DNA from: the human T2T-CHM13v2.0 reference genome, Homo sapiens
Assembly: GCF_009914755.1 (NCBI RefSeq)
Contig: NC_060939.1
Reading direction: 5' to 3' (one strand)
Length of the DNA: 64,000 nt
Made by a program: the position numbers and the translations under genes. Below the pieces are notes generated by a model. That model worked only from the letters and a program-made list of their open reading frames with translations. It made no database searches and was not told the origin of the DNA. This document shows positions 26,945 through 45,130 of this stretch, piece after piece; position 1 is the first letter of the stretch, and every line of letters begins with the position of its first letter.

Positions 26945-27699
26945 TCAGTTATTTTCGCTATTGCATTTTAGTTTGCTAGTCTATTGGTAGTAATATCTAT
27001 ATTTTAAAGTGTGCTAGGGATTTCTCCTCCATTCCTGGAATCTCTCTACCATTCCCAGTCTAGGTCTTTCTCAAAAGGATTTCAGTGAAGATGCTATACA
27101 CTGCAGAGTGTTACAGTGAAGGTGACTGCTAAATACTCAACCCAGTCCTTTTTTTTTTTAAGTTAGCATTGCTGCATGGGGGAAATCTGAAAGGCTCGGA
27201 AGTGTAGTGGGGTCCCATGGAGGGCTTTAGTTGATGATGTGTATTTTAACATCTCTCCCAGGATCAGGTAGGGTACATGTCACTTCCATTTCATGTGACT
27301 TTCTTCCCAGTTTGATCTGTAGCTGAGCTAAATGTGTCATTGGTAGTCACTGCTTAAAATTTCTACAGCTTGGAAGATCCCAGCAAGATATTAAAGATAA
27401 CCAACTGACCAAGACTTGGAAGGGAGCAAGAAAATAGAAAAAGCAGTAAGAAAAAAGCTCACGGCTATCTCCAGCCAATACTCAGCTTTCAGATGTCAGA
27501 ATAGAAAGGACACCTACACCTGAGACAATTAAGACATTTGATTCAGGAGCTCATAACATAGATGTCAACTATCCCAAAGCCGTCATTGCTAAGATTTGGA
27601 ATAGATGCATAAACCAAATTTATTTTACTCAACAAATTGTTAAATTTTAAATAAAGGACCTCATAGGTAGATTGGGAATCCAAATGAGGTGGGGAGGTT

Positions 27700-27945
27700 A
27701 AAAGCTCAGGTTCTAGGGTTGACTCTAAGGGCCTACTGGAACCCTTGTCCGGCCATTTATTACGTATGTGATTTGGGAGAAGTTGTTTTATCATTCTATG
27801 CTTCAGAAGTTTTTGTTTTGTTTTTACCTTTAAGGCAGAGATGATAATATAAACTGACTCAAAAAATATTTTGTGAATTAATCCACATGAAGTGCTTCAG
27901 GCAATTGCCTGGTATATGGTAAGTGCTCAAATATTAACTATTAGT
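27700..27945 (+). mobile_element. MIR
   Basis: ttaaaagctcaggttctag...gtgtgatttgggagaagtt...tgcctggtatatggtaagtgctcaa. Confidence 0.7.
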
Positions 27946-28655
27946 TAAAGCAAGATGGAAATATGTCCTAGGTGACAAAATGGTTAAGAGGCAAAGATGA
28001 AAGAAGCCACAAGGGAAGCGAAGGGCAGGACAAGGAGAATTTGAGATGAAATGTGATAAGAGCTGAGAACAAGGAGAAGGAGTGGGGTAGCACTTCATAA
28101 TGAAAAGTATTAGTTTCCATTTTATAAACTCGATTTCTGCAAATAAAATTCATATATCAGGGGCAAAAGCAATGGGCTAATATGGTCAGTGTGGAACATG
28201 ACGATCTCTTCTAATTGACCTACTAAACCCAGGGGAGAATGCTCTATAAACAGATTGCTAGGCTAAGCAATAGGGTGCCCCATTATCCAACAAGGAAGGA
28301 CTCCACCAAGACCAGAGGCTAGATTCTATGGGTCATTGTAAAGATAAGCACATTTAGTTCTTCCATTACAATTCTTATATAGCCCCTCCTTTTGAAGTTT
28401 TCAATGTTTTGCAGACATTTCCCAGAACCTTCACATTTCACTGATTGGCCAGTTGCCCTAGGGAGCAGAAGTAGCCTTAGCCAAGTAGAAAAGCAAAGGC
28501 TTGGCTCCCTGGAAGCATGTTTGTATTGCCTCTGATTAATCTGGACTTCAGGGATCTTTGTTTTTTGCCCCATTGATACCTCCCAGAAAAATGGGATTAT
28601 AGTATCACAGCCATATTTGAGATGGCAGATTTGGGAGAATTTAAAACCCAATTCA

Positions 28656-28952
<297 letters not shown>

Positions 28953-29079
28953 TTATTATAGAAACAGGAGAAAAAATATTATTAATATTGGCTGTGTATG
29001 AACAAAACAGCCAGAGCCAGAGACCCTACCACTGAAGTAAGGCTGATCGCTGCCCAGCTAGAAAACCATCCTGTGTTGA

Positions 29080-29400
29080 GTTCATGTCTTTTGTACAGAC
29101 ATGGATGAAGCTGGAAACAATCATTCTGAGCAAACTATCTCAAGGACAGAAAACCAAACACTGCATGTTCTCACTCATAGGTGGGAATTGAACAAGGAGA
29201 ACACTTGGACACAGGGTGGGGAACATCACACACTGGGGCCTCGTGGGGTGGGTGTAGGCAGGAGGGATAGCATTAGGAGGTATATCTAATGTAAATGACG
29301 AGTTAATGGGTGCAGTACACCAACACGGCACAGGTAGACATGTAACAAACCTGCACATTGTGCACATGTACCTTAGAACTTGAAGTGTAATAATAAGAAA
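29080..29400 (+). mobile_element. Short 3' fragment of L1PA5-like LINE-1
   Basis: acacttggacacagggtggggaac, aatgtaaatgacgag; TSD aaaaccatcctgtgttga at 29062-29079 and 29401-29418. Confidence 0.93.
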
Positions 29401-30749
29401 AAAACCATCCTGTGTTGATGGAGAAGCAAGCAATCAATGCAGCTTAACAAAGCGGCAGTCAGAAGGACAAATCGTACCCCAAACCAAGGGGAGATGGAGG
29501 CATCCGATGAGAAAGAATTTGGCTAGTTGGAGTTATGAAGGGAAAACAATGCTTGAAAAATCTGAGGTGAAGTTAATGATCACAGAAGGGGTATGTAGCC
29601 AGGAGGAGGCCAGGAAATGAAGGACTTTTTTAAAAAAAATTGTATTTCATAAGTCTGTTTTCTAAACAGAAACAAATGAAGTAAGTCTTTTTGGGGAACA
29701 AGAGAACAATGGTGATTCCACCAAGTTAACTATTAATATTAGTCCTATCCACCCTTAAATCTAAACATTTCTGAATAAATTTGATTGGAATCCCTGCGTC
29801 TGGTACTGCTAAAAGTTTTGGCTTCTGGTCTAACTGCCTAATGAAATCAACGATCTATCCCTCAACACCCCTTTCCCCCCATTCAATAGTCTCTCTTTTC
29901 TCTCCAAAGAGAAAAAAAAGTTCATGGGAATGGCTCTCTGGGAAACATACCATCAAAATTTAGTAAGTGATAGAGCAAATATAACAAGAAAAAATATGTA
30001 AGCATTTGAGAATAGAGGGAGACAAACTTCAAGTCTGTGGGGGAGAAATTGGGATTCACTCACTCAATGGCTTTTTCTTCCCCCAGTTGACCTACAAGAA
30101 CTGGGGTTGGGAAAGTCAGCAGCAGTCAGATAGGAGACAACTCTGTTTTTAAATCTATATAGCCCCAGTTTTCTGCTGCCTCCAAGCACCTTACATACAA
30201 TAGTAAGTTAATTAATACCAGCTCTGAGTAGGCATGTGAGCTAAAGATGGGGTAGAGAAAACATCCACTAATCTAAAAAGAAAAAGAAAAAGACACAGCA
30301 TCCTTATAGTGAAGGTTGAAATCTTCATCAGGAGTAAAGCCCTCTTTGCATTCCTTTCTATGCATAGGGAGCAGGGTGAGCTTCCCAGTAAAACCAGACT
30401 CCATCCTGAAGCTTTTCTCTCAGATCACTAGCGGTCATTCATTCAGTCATCCTATCCTCCCTCCCTTCCCTTTTCCTCCCCTTGCCTTCCCCTCCCTCCC
30501 TTTCTTTGTTCCTTCTTTCCTTTTTATCCTCAATTAAGATGGTAAAGGGTGATGGAAGACACAGGAATTTTTAAGTGAGCCAACTTCAGTTTAATTACCA
30601 ACACTAAAATGTATCACTTGTGTGAACTTGGATGAAGTAATTAGTCTTTCCAGGTATTGATTTATTTCTGTTAGATGGAAATACCCGTGCCTGTTTAGCA
30701 AGGTGGGAGGATGAGGATAATGTGTGTTCAATGTCCAGCACATGCTAGT

Positions 30750-31290
30750 GCTCTCTTGGTTTCTGTGACACTTCTTTCCAGCCTCTCTGGCCACGGATTC
30801 TCAAGCTCCTTAGCCGATTTTTCCCTAGCTTTCTCATCTAGTCACAAAATGTTGGGCTGCTTCAGGGGTTGACTCTGATTTCCCAGACCTTTGCTTATTT
30901 ATTTTCTATCTTAAGTGATCAACTTAGGTTTAAATGACAAGTATATACAGATTACTGTCAAATTAATATCTCTAAGCTTCACTTTTCTCCACAGAGCCCC
31001 ATACTTACATGGGCAATCAATCCTGTGACATCTTCGCTTGGATAACTCAGACTTAACCTGACTGATGATGATAAAGACTTTTTTCTCCACCTCCTAACCT
31101 TGCACATTATTCCTTGTTAGTTTTTTCACCTGGATGAATAACACTACTATCTACCCAGTTACCAGGCTCAAATCCTGGGGGTCATCAATGATTTCTTCTC
31201 TTCAGTTATGTTTACTTTCTGTCATTCCTAGCCTCAAAATATATCTTGAATAACCAACTTATTTTTGTTCTTAATGCTACCACTGTAGAT
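30750..31290 (+). mobile_element. L2 fragment
   Basis: ctctcttggtttctgtgacac...actatctacccagttaccaggctcaaatcctgggggtcatcaatgatttc...cctcaaaatatatcttgaat. Confidence 0.7.
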
Positions 31291-31600
31291 TGTATTAAAG
31301 TTCTCAAGTATTCCTTCTTCTTACCATAGAACATGTAGGGCCACTCCACTTATGGAAGGAATTTACTTCGCTGCCAATGGGGCCACTTGAGATATGTGGC
31401 TATAGATGGGAAATGTGATCAGTTCCTCAGCTTTTCATTGCTCTGGTCAGGACTATAGTGGGCAACAGTTACCTTTAGCCATTGTGGCTGTCAGACAAGT
31501 ATGATAGAAAGAATGCGAAGTTGCTGAGAGTGAATGTCAGGGGTGAGTATACCGATGGGCCATGGGACATAAGAAAGAAAAGAAGATAAGAAAGGAAGTG

Positions 31601-34638
<3,038 letters not shown>

Positions 34639-34810
34639 AAGAAAGGAAGTGAGTATGTGAAAGAGATGAGGGGGAGTGAAAAGGTGGCAGGACCAATGCA
34701 GTGGGCGTGCTGGCAGAGTGGGAATTGTTGGAGTCAAAGTTTGGATACTTGAAAAGCTTGAAAATGAGATTATGAGGGAGTAAGATGACTAAATCAAAAG
34801 GTGTTGAGTA

Positions 34811-35248
<438 letters not shown>

Positions 35249-35482
35249 TTATGACAAGCATTAGATTGATTCAGTGCTAAAATATTTAAGGAAGGAAGAG
35301 GAGTGACCTGAGGTGTATAGGTGATAGCATCATGGGTGAATAGCAATAGTGAAGGTATAATCTTTTGGCCCAAAAATCACAGCAGCAGGGGGCAAGGGTA
35401 GAGGTAAGGGAGAAAGAATAGTGACCTGGTGGTGACAATGAGGAACAGGGAGGATATTTGCTCCATTTTTAGCATAAAATGT

Positions 35483-35887
35483 TGCTATAATTTGAATATT
35501 TGTTCCCTCCAAATCTCATGTTGAAATGTAATTTTCAATGTTGGAGATGGGGCCTGGTGGGAGGTGTTGGGGTCATGGGAGTGGATCCCTCATGAATGGC
35601 TTGGTGCTATCCCTTCAGTATAGTAAGTTCTTGTAAGACCCGGTTGTTTAAAAGTGTGTGGCACCTCCGTCTTCTCTCTCTTGCTTCCACTGTTGGTGTG
35701 TGACAAGTAGGTTTCTCTTTCACCTTCTGCCATGATTTTTAGCTTGCTGAGGTCCTCACCAGAAGTAGATACTGACAGCAAGCTTCCTGTGCAGCCTGCA
35801 GAACCATGAGCCAATTAAACCTTGTTTCTTTATAAATAACCCAGCCTCAAATATTCCTTTATAGCAATGCAAAAATGGCCGAATACA
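35483..35887 (+). mobile_element. MSTB-like MaLR solo LTR
   Basis: tgctataatttgaatatttgttccctccaaatctcatgttgaaat...gcagcctgcagaaccatgagccaattaaacc...atagcaatgcaaaaatggccgaataca. Confidence 0.9.
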
Positions 35888-37214
35888 GTGGTATATGAAG
35901 CATGAGAAAAAAAGCAGCCACTGTTTGTGAGGGATGCAAAGGAGGTAGCATTCTTGAAGGGCAGCCAGCAGAGCTAAAAATTAAATGTGGGTTGAATAAA
36001 TGAATAAATAATAGCTATTATTACATTTCTTTTAAATTTCCAATATATGACAAGCTACAGGAGAACAAAATACATTGTTTCATTCAAGGAGCTCATAGGA
36101 GCTCTGGTTCTCATGTATTTCCAAGAAAATCATGTACAATGAAACTAATGCACAGAGACATGGTCTAGATGTTACGGGAACACAGAAAATGATCAAGTAA
36201 TGCTTCCAGGGTGGTATAGATCTCTAGGATAGGGTAGGGGAGGTTTTCCAGGGAAAGGGATGGTTTAAAGGTAAGTAATTAATTCCTGGGAGGTCAGTTT
36301 AGCAGAGCATGGGTGAAGTCTGAAAGGTATGAGAACACATTAGGGGTACCAGGCTTAGCTGAAAAGTTGTGGCTGCCTCTTTTACCAATGTAGTATCAGC
36401 AGACAAAGGCTTGAGATAAATTCCTTTGTATGCGTGAATCTGCCTGTGTGCATGTGTGAACATGTGTGTGGCAATTTTTCCCATGGAACTCTTCCAGAAA
36501 CATTCCTTTGTAAAGTAGGGTTTCTTTCTACTGGTAGGTAGGACATGGGGTGGTGTGAGCTACCACTAAGTCAAAGAGCAAGGTGACATTGTGAGTTGTG
36601 TTCTGATGCCACTGGTAGGTATGCATTATATGCATATGTGTGTTATCATTCTGGATGAATCAACCCTAAGTACAAAGGCATGCACACACACATACCAGTG
36701 ATTGCTGCAGATTTCACTAAAGCCCTTCTAAGTATAGCTATGATTGGAGGAAGAATATACTGGACTATGAGTTCTTAAAGGACAGAGCCATATCTTATTC
36801 ATCATTGTGTTCCCAGTACTAATTCTGCATCTGGCAAACAGTATGGTCAAAAAAAAGATGGTATTTTGTTCAACCTTCACCAATGAAGCCAATGAACAGA
36901 TAAATGTGAGAAATCATCTAGCAATACTGTCATAGGATATAATAGTGCTTGCTTAGAGTACATTGTGCTTTGTAAATTTTAAGACTTTTGAATATACATT
37001 AACTTATTAGATGCCATAAACAAAGCCCTGAGATGCTTATCAAATTCTGCTTTACCTAGCAAAAAAGCTCTCAATTACTTGGCAGAGCTGTGACTAAATC
37101 TTTTGTTTTCTGGTCCATAGTTCAGTGACAGATGCAAGATCTGGAAAAGGCAGTGCGCTTTAGCAACAAGAAAGTCAGGGCCAATTTGGGTTGCCAATAT
37201 GGGATAGTGGGAGG

Positions 37215-37754
<540 letters not shown>

Positions 37755-39439
37755 TAGTGGCAGTTAGTTTCTGACAAGGCTACAATGAATGGTAGAAACG
37801 TCGTTTTCCTCGTTGGTCAGATACACGTGGGGAGCTTTTGAGTCTTGGCACAGTTAAGAAGTCAGTGGGAGGAAAAGGATATTAAAATGCAGAACACGTT
37901 TAAACTCCCTTTGGACTGTGTTGTATCAAGGAAATGGAAAAGAAAGTGTCAGGCAGTACTTGGGATGATGGGGACTCTAGTGATAATGACACTAAGGCAA
38001 AGGTGCAAAACCTGTGACATGATGGCCAAAGAGGGAATGTGATTGCACCATTTAAATGTATATCAGGAAGGTGTGAGACATCCTGCCATACTCAGGGACC
38101 TTCCACACCACAAAGGTGACACTAAAATTCAGACTTAGGGAGACTCTCTTGGCCAGGAGACTGGCTAAATGTGCGAATTCAGAAGTATCAGCTGAGATGT
38201 GACGCGATCACACATGGGCTGGCAACGACTATTTTGCTCTGAAAAAGGTGCCTTGGGAAAGAGATATCATTAATTTTTTTTAAATTTTAGTTTGATTCCC
38301 ATTCTATGTTTTATGGCCCTGACACTGGACTATCAACTAATGAACATAGTCCTTGCTGGATAAAAGAAATGTATAGGGATAGTTCTTCCCCAAGAACTTG
38401 TTTTATTTTCAATGACAAAAAAAACTAAATTGCTTTCAGCTTCATTATCTTTTCAAACTCAAATGTAAAGAAAGAGCATCAGAAGCAGGAGTGTGCAATT
38501 AAAGCTGGAAAAGTAAAATAGAGTTTATCTAATAATAATGGGATATTTTCCATAGGCAGAAGCTTAATTCTGATTTCTCAATTTAAAGACTCTAAGGAGA
38601 AATCAATTTATAGACTCAGAGAATCACTGAATGTTAAGTTGCAAAAATCCCACAAATCATTTTGTGTATCCCTTCATTTTATAAATGAAAGGACTGAGGT
38701 CTAGAAAGGTTCAGTGACTGCTTATCCAGTGAATTTACTCGGAAATATAAGAACAGGTGCAGTTAAGATGAAGATATCTGGATATATACTTAGCTTCTAC
38801 AGTGACTTACTGTGTACCCATAAGCAAAGCTTTTGCAATAGGCAAGTTCCTTGATCTCCCTTTATGCAAATGATATACAGGGAAACATTGTTTAGACCTT
38901 ACTTCTAGCATGTACAATGAACCTATACAAAATGGTCTACATTCTTGGTTCCCTCTCCTTTCTTGGAATCCTCAGCCTGGCAAAGGGTCTAACAGTCATT
39001 GAACTGGAAAGGATGTACCTATTTTATAGATGTGATAAGTGAGGTCCAGCAAAACTAAGTAACCGTACCACAGTTACCCAGGAAATACACAGTGCAGGTG
39101 GACCTGGGGCCTTTGGCTTCCTGCTGCAGGGTTCTTTCCATTCCATCATGTGACACTATTTAAATAGAAGCAGGCTAGAGTTGACAAAATGAGTTCCTTT
39201 CCATTTGCATGAGGCACTGAGCTTCTAAAGAAATTCTATTCATAAAAGTCAACAAGTTTCTTTTTGGAGCCTGTCCACAACTGCCCAGGCTTAGGGTAGA
39301 ACGAGGCATTCCAAGTCCTCAGTCAGACAGGTGGCCCCATAGGTATCAGCAGAGCCTACCTTTTCGCCTCCAGCATCTTTTCAGCTGCCTTTTTACTCAG
39401 AGCCTTGTGGAGCCATACTGAAGCCTGGGGCTAAATAAA

Positions 39440-39610
39440 AAAACCTTGCCTTTATTTAGAATTCTGATATTATGCTCATCATGAATTGTTTTGCATTAAG
39501 TTTTGTTTTTTAAAATACTACATTAAGACATTATTTGTCTTGACTACTGAGGGTTTTTCTTTTTCTTTTCTTTTTTTTGTTCACATCGTTTAAAATTTTG
39601 TGTCTGGAGT
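39440..39610. mobile_element. Probable ancient hAT-type DNA transposon fragment
   Basis: attctgatattatgctcatcatgaattgttttgcattaag...ttatttgtcttgactactgag resembles old hAT-Tip100-class elements; family not assigned. Confidence 0.35.
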
Positions 39611-40127
39611 TATCAAGGGGATAGAATTCCAGGTTTCTCTTTACTTGCTGTAGCCTCTGGTTTCACTGTGTTAAAATATAGATAAAATGGGCCCATTCCA
39701 CCCATTTTCCAGATGAATCTAACCTGTACATCCAGATTTAGTTTGCACTAGGAAATGGACTTGTGAAGCCATTCACATGGGCAGGGATTTTGTGTGTTTT
39801 ATTCTCTGATGTATCTACAGAGTTCAGTACATTTAGTTTGTAGAAACCCAATTGATATTCATTGGATAAATAAATAAATGCAACAAAACTCTACAGTTTT
39901 TAGTGTTTATGACCTGTTAACATTTATCTAAGCTCCCTCCAATAGAGTCTCCTAGGCCTGTAACCAATTTCTGGCAAGTTTCTGGGAATTGAGCTCTCTG
40001 TCTTGCCAGGTCTCTAGAGTATTCTAAATAGATAAAGAGAACAATAGTGATTTTCAAACAAGCCACTATTAATGTTAGGTTTTAACTGAAAAATAGCTCA
40101 AATGATTAACTATTTTCTGAAATCTTC

Positions 40128-41312
40128 GCTTTTTCTTTGTTTCTTTGGCTCTTTATTTTAGGGTCAGGAGGCACACATGCAGGTTTGTTATGTGTATAAA
40201 TTGTGTGTCACTGAGGTTTGGTGTAAGAATGATCCTGTCACTCAGGTAGTGAGCATAGTACCCAATGGGTAGTTTTTCAACCTACCCTGCTTTCCCCACT
40301 TTAGTAGTCCCCAGTGTCTACCGTTGCCATCTTAATGCCCATGTTTACTCAGTGTTTAGCTCCTGCTTATGAGGGAGAACATGCAGTATTTTGTTTTCTG
40401 TTCCTGTATTAATTTGCTTAGGATAATGGCCTCCAGCTGTATCCATATTGCTGCAGTGGACATGACTTTGTTCTTTTTTATGGCTGCATAGTATTCCCTG
40501 GTGCATATGTACCGCATTTTGTCTGTCCAGCCCACTGTTGAGCATCTAGGTTGACTCCATATCTTTGCTATTGTGAACAGTGCTGCAATGAACATATGAG
40601 TGCATGTGTCCTTTTGATAGAATGATTTATTTTCCTTTGGGTATATACTCAGTAATGGGATTGCTGGGTCAAATGGTAGCTCTGTTTTACATTCTTAGAG
40701 AAATCACACTGCTTTCCACAATGCCTCAACTAATTTACATTCCCACCGGCAGTATATAAGCATTCTCTTTTCTCCACAACCTCAGCAACATCTGTTATTT
40801 TTTTGACTTTAAAGTAATAGTCATTCTGACTAGTGTGAGATGGTACCTCATTGTGGTTTTGATTTGCATTTCTCTAATTAGCAATGTTGAACATTTTTTC
40901 ATGTATTTGTTGGCTGCATGTATGTCTTCTTTTGAGAAGTGCCTAAGATTGAAACTGGACTCTTCCATTATATACAAAAGTTAAATCAAGATGAATTAAA
41001 GATTTAAATGTAAGATCTCGAATTATGAAATCTTATAAGAAAACCTGGACATTGGCCTTGGCAAAAAATTTATGACCAAGTCTTCAAAAGCAATTGCAAC
41101 AAAAACAAAAATTGACAAGTGGGACCTAATTAAACTAAAGAGCCTCTGCATAGCAAGAGAAACTATCAACAGAGTCAACAGACAGAATGGGAGAAAATAT
41201 TTGCAAACCATACAACCAACAAAGATCTAATATCCAGAATCTATAAGAAACTTAAATAATCAAACAAGCAAAAAACTAGCAACTCCATTAAACATGGGCA
41301 AAGGACATGACA
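40128..41312 (-). mobile_element. L1PA15/16-like LINE-1 with 5' inversion (twin priming)
   Basis: 3' segment on - strand 40128-40944; inverted ORF2 segment on + strand 40945-41312 ends (aaggacatgaca) where the - segment begins (ag.cacttctc). Confidence 0.88.
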
Positions 41313-41672
41313 TATTTACTTTTTAATCACTCTTAAACTTTAGAACATTTTATTTTAGGTCCGTGGGTTTTTTTTCTTTCTTCCATCATCCCAGGCTTAT
41401 TCAGATACAATGTAGGGTCTCTTGCTATTAGTGTTTCCACAGTTAAGTGCATGGGCTGCCATTTGCTTTCCTGGTAGCCTTGACTATGTGTCCCCATGTT
41501 TCTGGACATGAAATTCTTCATTTGTCATCTGGCAATAATGATAGTTATTACAAACTGCTTGGAAAAAAATAAGAATGCATGGGAATGGACTTTACAAGTG
41601 GTAAAGAGAACACAAATTTCAGAGTGTATAATTACAAATTCCATGCAAAAGCAAAAACTTCAGATTTGTACC

Positions 41673-41997
<325 letters not shown>

Positions 41998-42889
41998 TAA
42001 ACAAATCAGGGGTCAAAAAGAGAAAAGACATGAATTATGTCCAAACTATTGAATTATGTTCATAGCCTTTCTGGAATGATAGTAGGTTCAGTTGATTTTT
42101 TGTTTTTTACATTGACCATCCTAGAAAGAAGTCTCACGTACCTGAAAGTCTCTCGAGACTAACTTCATGGGGGACACAGTCTGATTCTCTTACTCTCATA
42201 TGCACATCCAACATTCTCAGATCCTAAGACTAGAGATTCTCCACCATTGTTGAAAATAGAAAATGTCACCAGGGATCTCCAAATTGTGCTGCGATCTTTC
42301 TGCTTTTTATATTGTCACCAACAATAAATATTCTGCAGTGGGATTTTAGCTGACGGTTCAGGTGATGATTTGCCAAGCAGCAAAGTCTCCAGCTTTGTTC
42401 TTCTGGGATTCTATCTGATCCTGCAAAGCTAGGAAGGAAATCTTGTTGGTTTTCTTTCCCACTTCTGTAATGCTGGCAGATGAGACTTGAAAGCCAACAA
42501 GATACAAAGATAGAGAGAGGAAGAAGCTATCATTTTCACCTAGAATTTTCTCCACCAACCAGACTGACTTTCAAGTTGCAGAGTAAGTCACTGACCTAAG
42601 ATAACAGAGTAGCTTGCATTTTTACAGATGTCTTGAAGTAAAGCTTGCTTATGTGTAAGGCAGCAGCTTTGGAAGCCAGAAATTGGGGTGTCTTGAGGGG
42701 TAGTAAGCCTCTGAAATGTGCCCCAGGGAACTGGCTTGACCGTTGATTCTGAACAAAATAAAAACTCAGTTCTTTAAGGACCATCTTCTTCTTTCTGCAT
42801 TTACTCACATGGCATTCCTCAAGGGCACTGATCTGCAGTCACTCTGCTTTGTCTGGTTATCACATGAAGATTGAGAGGAAGGTTTACTT

Positions 42890-43040
42890 AACAGTCTTAT
42901 GAGGCAGATGTTACTGTTATCCCCATTTTACAGAGGCAGCTACTGAGGCACAGCAAGATTAATTGCCTTGCACAAGAATTTGCGGACAGTAAATAGCAGA
43001 GCAACATTTTGAATGCAGGCAGTAGGGCTCTAGAGACTAA
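42890..43040 (-). mobile_element. MIR
   Basis: tatccccattttacagaggcagctactgaggcacagcaagattaattgccttgcacaag. Confidence 0.8.
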
Positions 43041-43690
43041 TAAATAAACTTAATTTATTCTTTTATACCTTAGTGGTCTGAAAAAATAATAATTTCATTT
43101 ATTCAAATGATAGTGCATGTGTATGCATGTATATTTGTTTATGTGATGTTTTCCAGCGTTATAGGTTTTATTAGTAATAGGTTGATCTCATATAATCTAC
43201 TCCACCACAGCTGGAAATTGAAATTTCTTGTGATGTGATTTTACAACTGTTTGTAACTATGTAGCTGCCCTTGTCAATGCCTTTTTTTCTCATCCTTGTT
43301 TTCCAGATTTTCTGTTTATTTTGTGAGCTCCCTAATATTCTTTCTATGCATTTCTAAATTAGGCAGATTTGGTTTTAGTTCCTTGTAGTTAAGAACCACG
43401 ATTGATTTGAAATGTGGAGATTAAGAAAGATAGTACTCTTTTGAAAATTAAGTTCTTGAATATGGGGTAAGTAACAAGGAGTTCACTTTTCCTCATTTTG
43501 AAGGCAATATAGTATTCACTATACAGACTCTAAGACTAGACTGCTTGGAATTGAGGATTTGATTCTAGACTGTGCCATATATTAGCTGTGTGACTTAGGT
43601 AAGCCAGGTATGTATCTGTCAGTTTCTTTATCTTAAAATAGGAATAATGATAGCATCTGTCTCATATCCTCATCTCTGAGCATTAGAAGA

Positions 43691-44372
43691 TATATTAGGG
43701 TTCTCTAGAGAAACAGAACCAATAAGATATATATAGATAGATATATAGCTATAGATAAATCTACAAATATATATATAGATAGATTTGTAGATATATATAT
43801 AGAGAGAAATATATACACACATATACATATACATACATACAGGAGATGGCTATATATCTTATATATAATATCTCTATATATTAATACTATATACATGTAT
43901 ATCCCGTATATATCCTATATAAATCATATTATATATAAATATATATATCTTATACATAGGGATTTATCATGGGAATTGACTCACACAATTATGGTATCCA
44001 AGAAGTCTCAAGGTCTGCCATCTGCAAGTTGGAGAACCAAAAAGCCAATGGTATAGTGCAGTCTGTGTCCAAAAGCCTGAGAACTGGGGATAAGGGGTGG
44101 GGGTAGAGCTTGCTCCTGCACAGAATCTGAAGACCCAAAAACAGAGAGTGTGATAAAAAGTTTTCTCTTCCTCTTCCTTTTTGTTCTATCCAGGCCCTCA
44201 ACAGATTGTATGATGGCCAACCACTGTGAAGATGAGAGCAATCTTTTTTACTCAGTCTAATCATTCAAATGCTGTTCTCATCCAGAAACACAGACACCCA
44301 GAAATAATGCTTTACCAGCTATCTGAGCATCCCTTAGCTCAGTTAAGTTGACACATAAAATTAACTGTCCCA
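43691..44372 (-). mobile_element. MLT2 (ERVL) solo LTR inserted in a MIR (43510-43690, 44378-44440)
   Basis: tattagggttctctagagaaacagaaccaata...ccatctgcaagttggagaacc...aagttgacacataaaattaac; TSD gaaga/gatga. Confidence 0.9.
43727..43955. repeat. Degenerate (TA)n/(TAGA)n expansion inside MLT2
   Basis: ~230 bp of alternating AT with interruptions. Confidence 0.9.
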
Positions 44373-44479
44373 GATGAGAATATTTAATCACTGCTTGGGA
44401 TGGGACCTGGCACTTAGTAACTATAATATAAGCATTAACTACTATTATTCCCAGTGGTTTGTTGTTGTTGTTGTATTTA

Positions 44480-45130
44480 AATATCACTAACATGCATTGA
44501 CTGTTTACTATGTAGAAGTCATGGTACTAATCATTCTATATGTGCTCGTAACAATCTTATGAGGAGCTATCATTAGCCATTTATAAAGAAAAGTGAGGCT
44601 CAGAAAATTCAAAGATCTTCTCCCAGGATCTCATAAACAGGAATTGGCAAATGTAGTATTTTATCCTGGTTAAAAGTGTCTTTATCCTTTATGGGAACTT
44701 CTTTGGGAAGGGTAAAGTCCCTTTGCATGGGTCGTATACACCCAGAACACTCTGCCTTCATACACTTACTGCTGATGAGACTACACAGTCCTTCTCACCA
44801 TTCTGTAAGTAAACTCCTCCTCCCTTCTCTAGGTCTATGACATCTCCAGTGACCCCTTATACAGGTTAAATTTGATCCCCTCTGATACCCTCATGAGAAG
44901 GGGAGTGACCTTTATTGAAACCATTCTTTGTACTGGACCCTGTTCTAGGCAGTTTGCATATGTTTTCTTTTCAAATGATCAGGCTATAAGCAACCCTAGG
45001 ACATACAGCCATATCTGTTTTGACCCAAGGCACTTACGTTCTTAAATGTTATGAAAGTTGTTCAAGGTCACATTGTGACCTAGAAGTAGAGTCAAGATTG
45101 AAAACCAGGCTTGTGTGACTCTAAAGTATA
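44480..45130 (-). mobile_element. Two MIR fragments
   Basis: aaaagtgaggctcagaaaattcaaag (~44590); caaggtcaca...agagtcaagattgaaaaccagg (~45065). Confidence 0.6.

Noticed and set aside
42359-42423. Box C/D snoRNA-like pattern (GTGATGA...CTGA with cagg/cctg ends)
   Set aside because: Short, no recognisable rRNA/snRNA guide or C'/D' boxes, and no host gene evident; a chance match is likely
45065-45081. Estrogen response element
   Set aside because: Half-site spacing is 5 nt rather than 3
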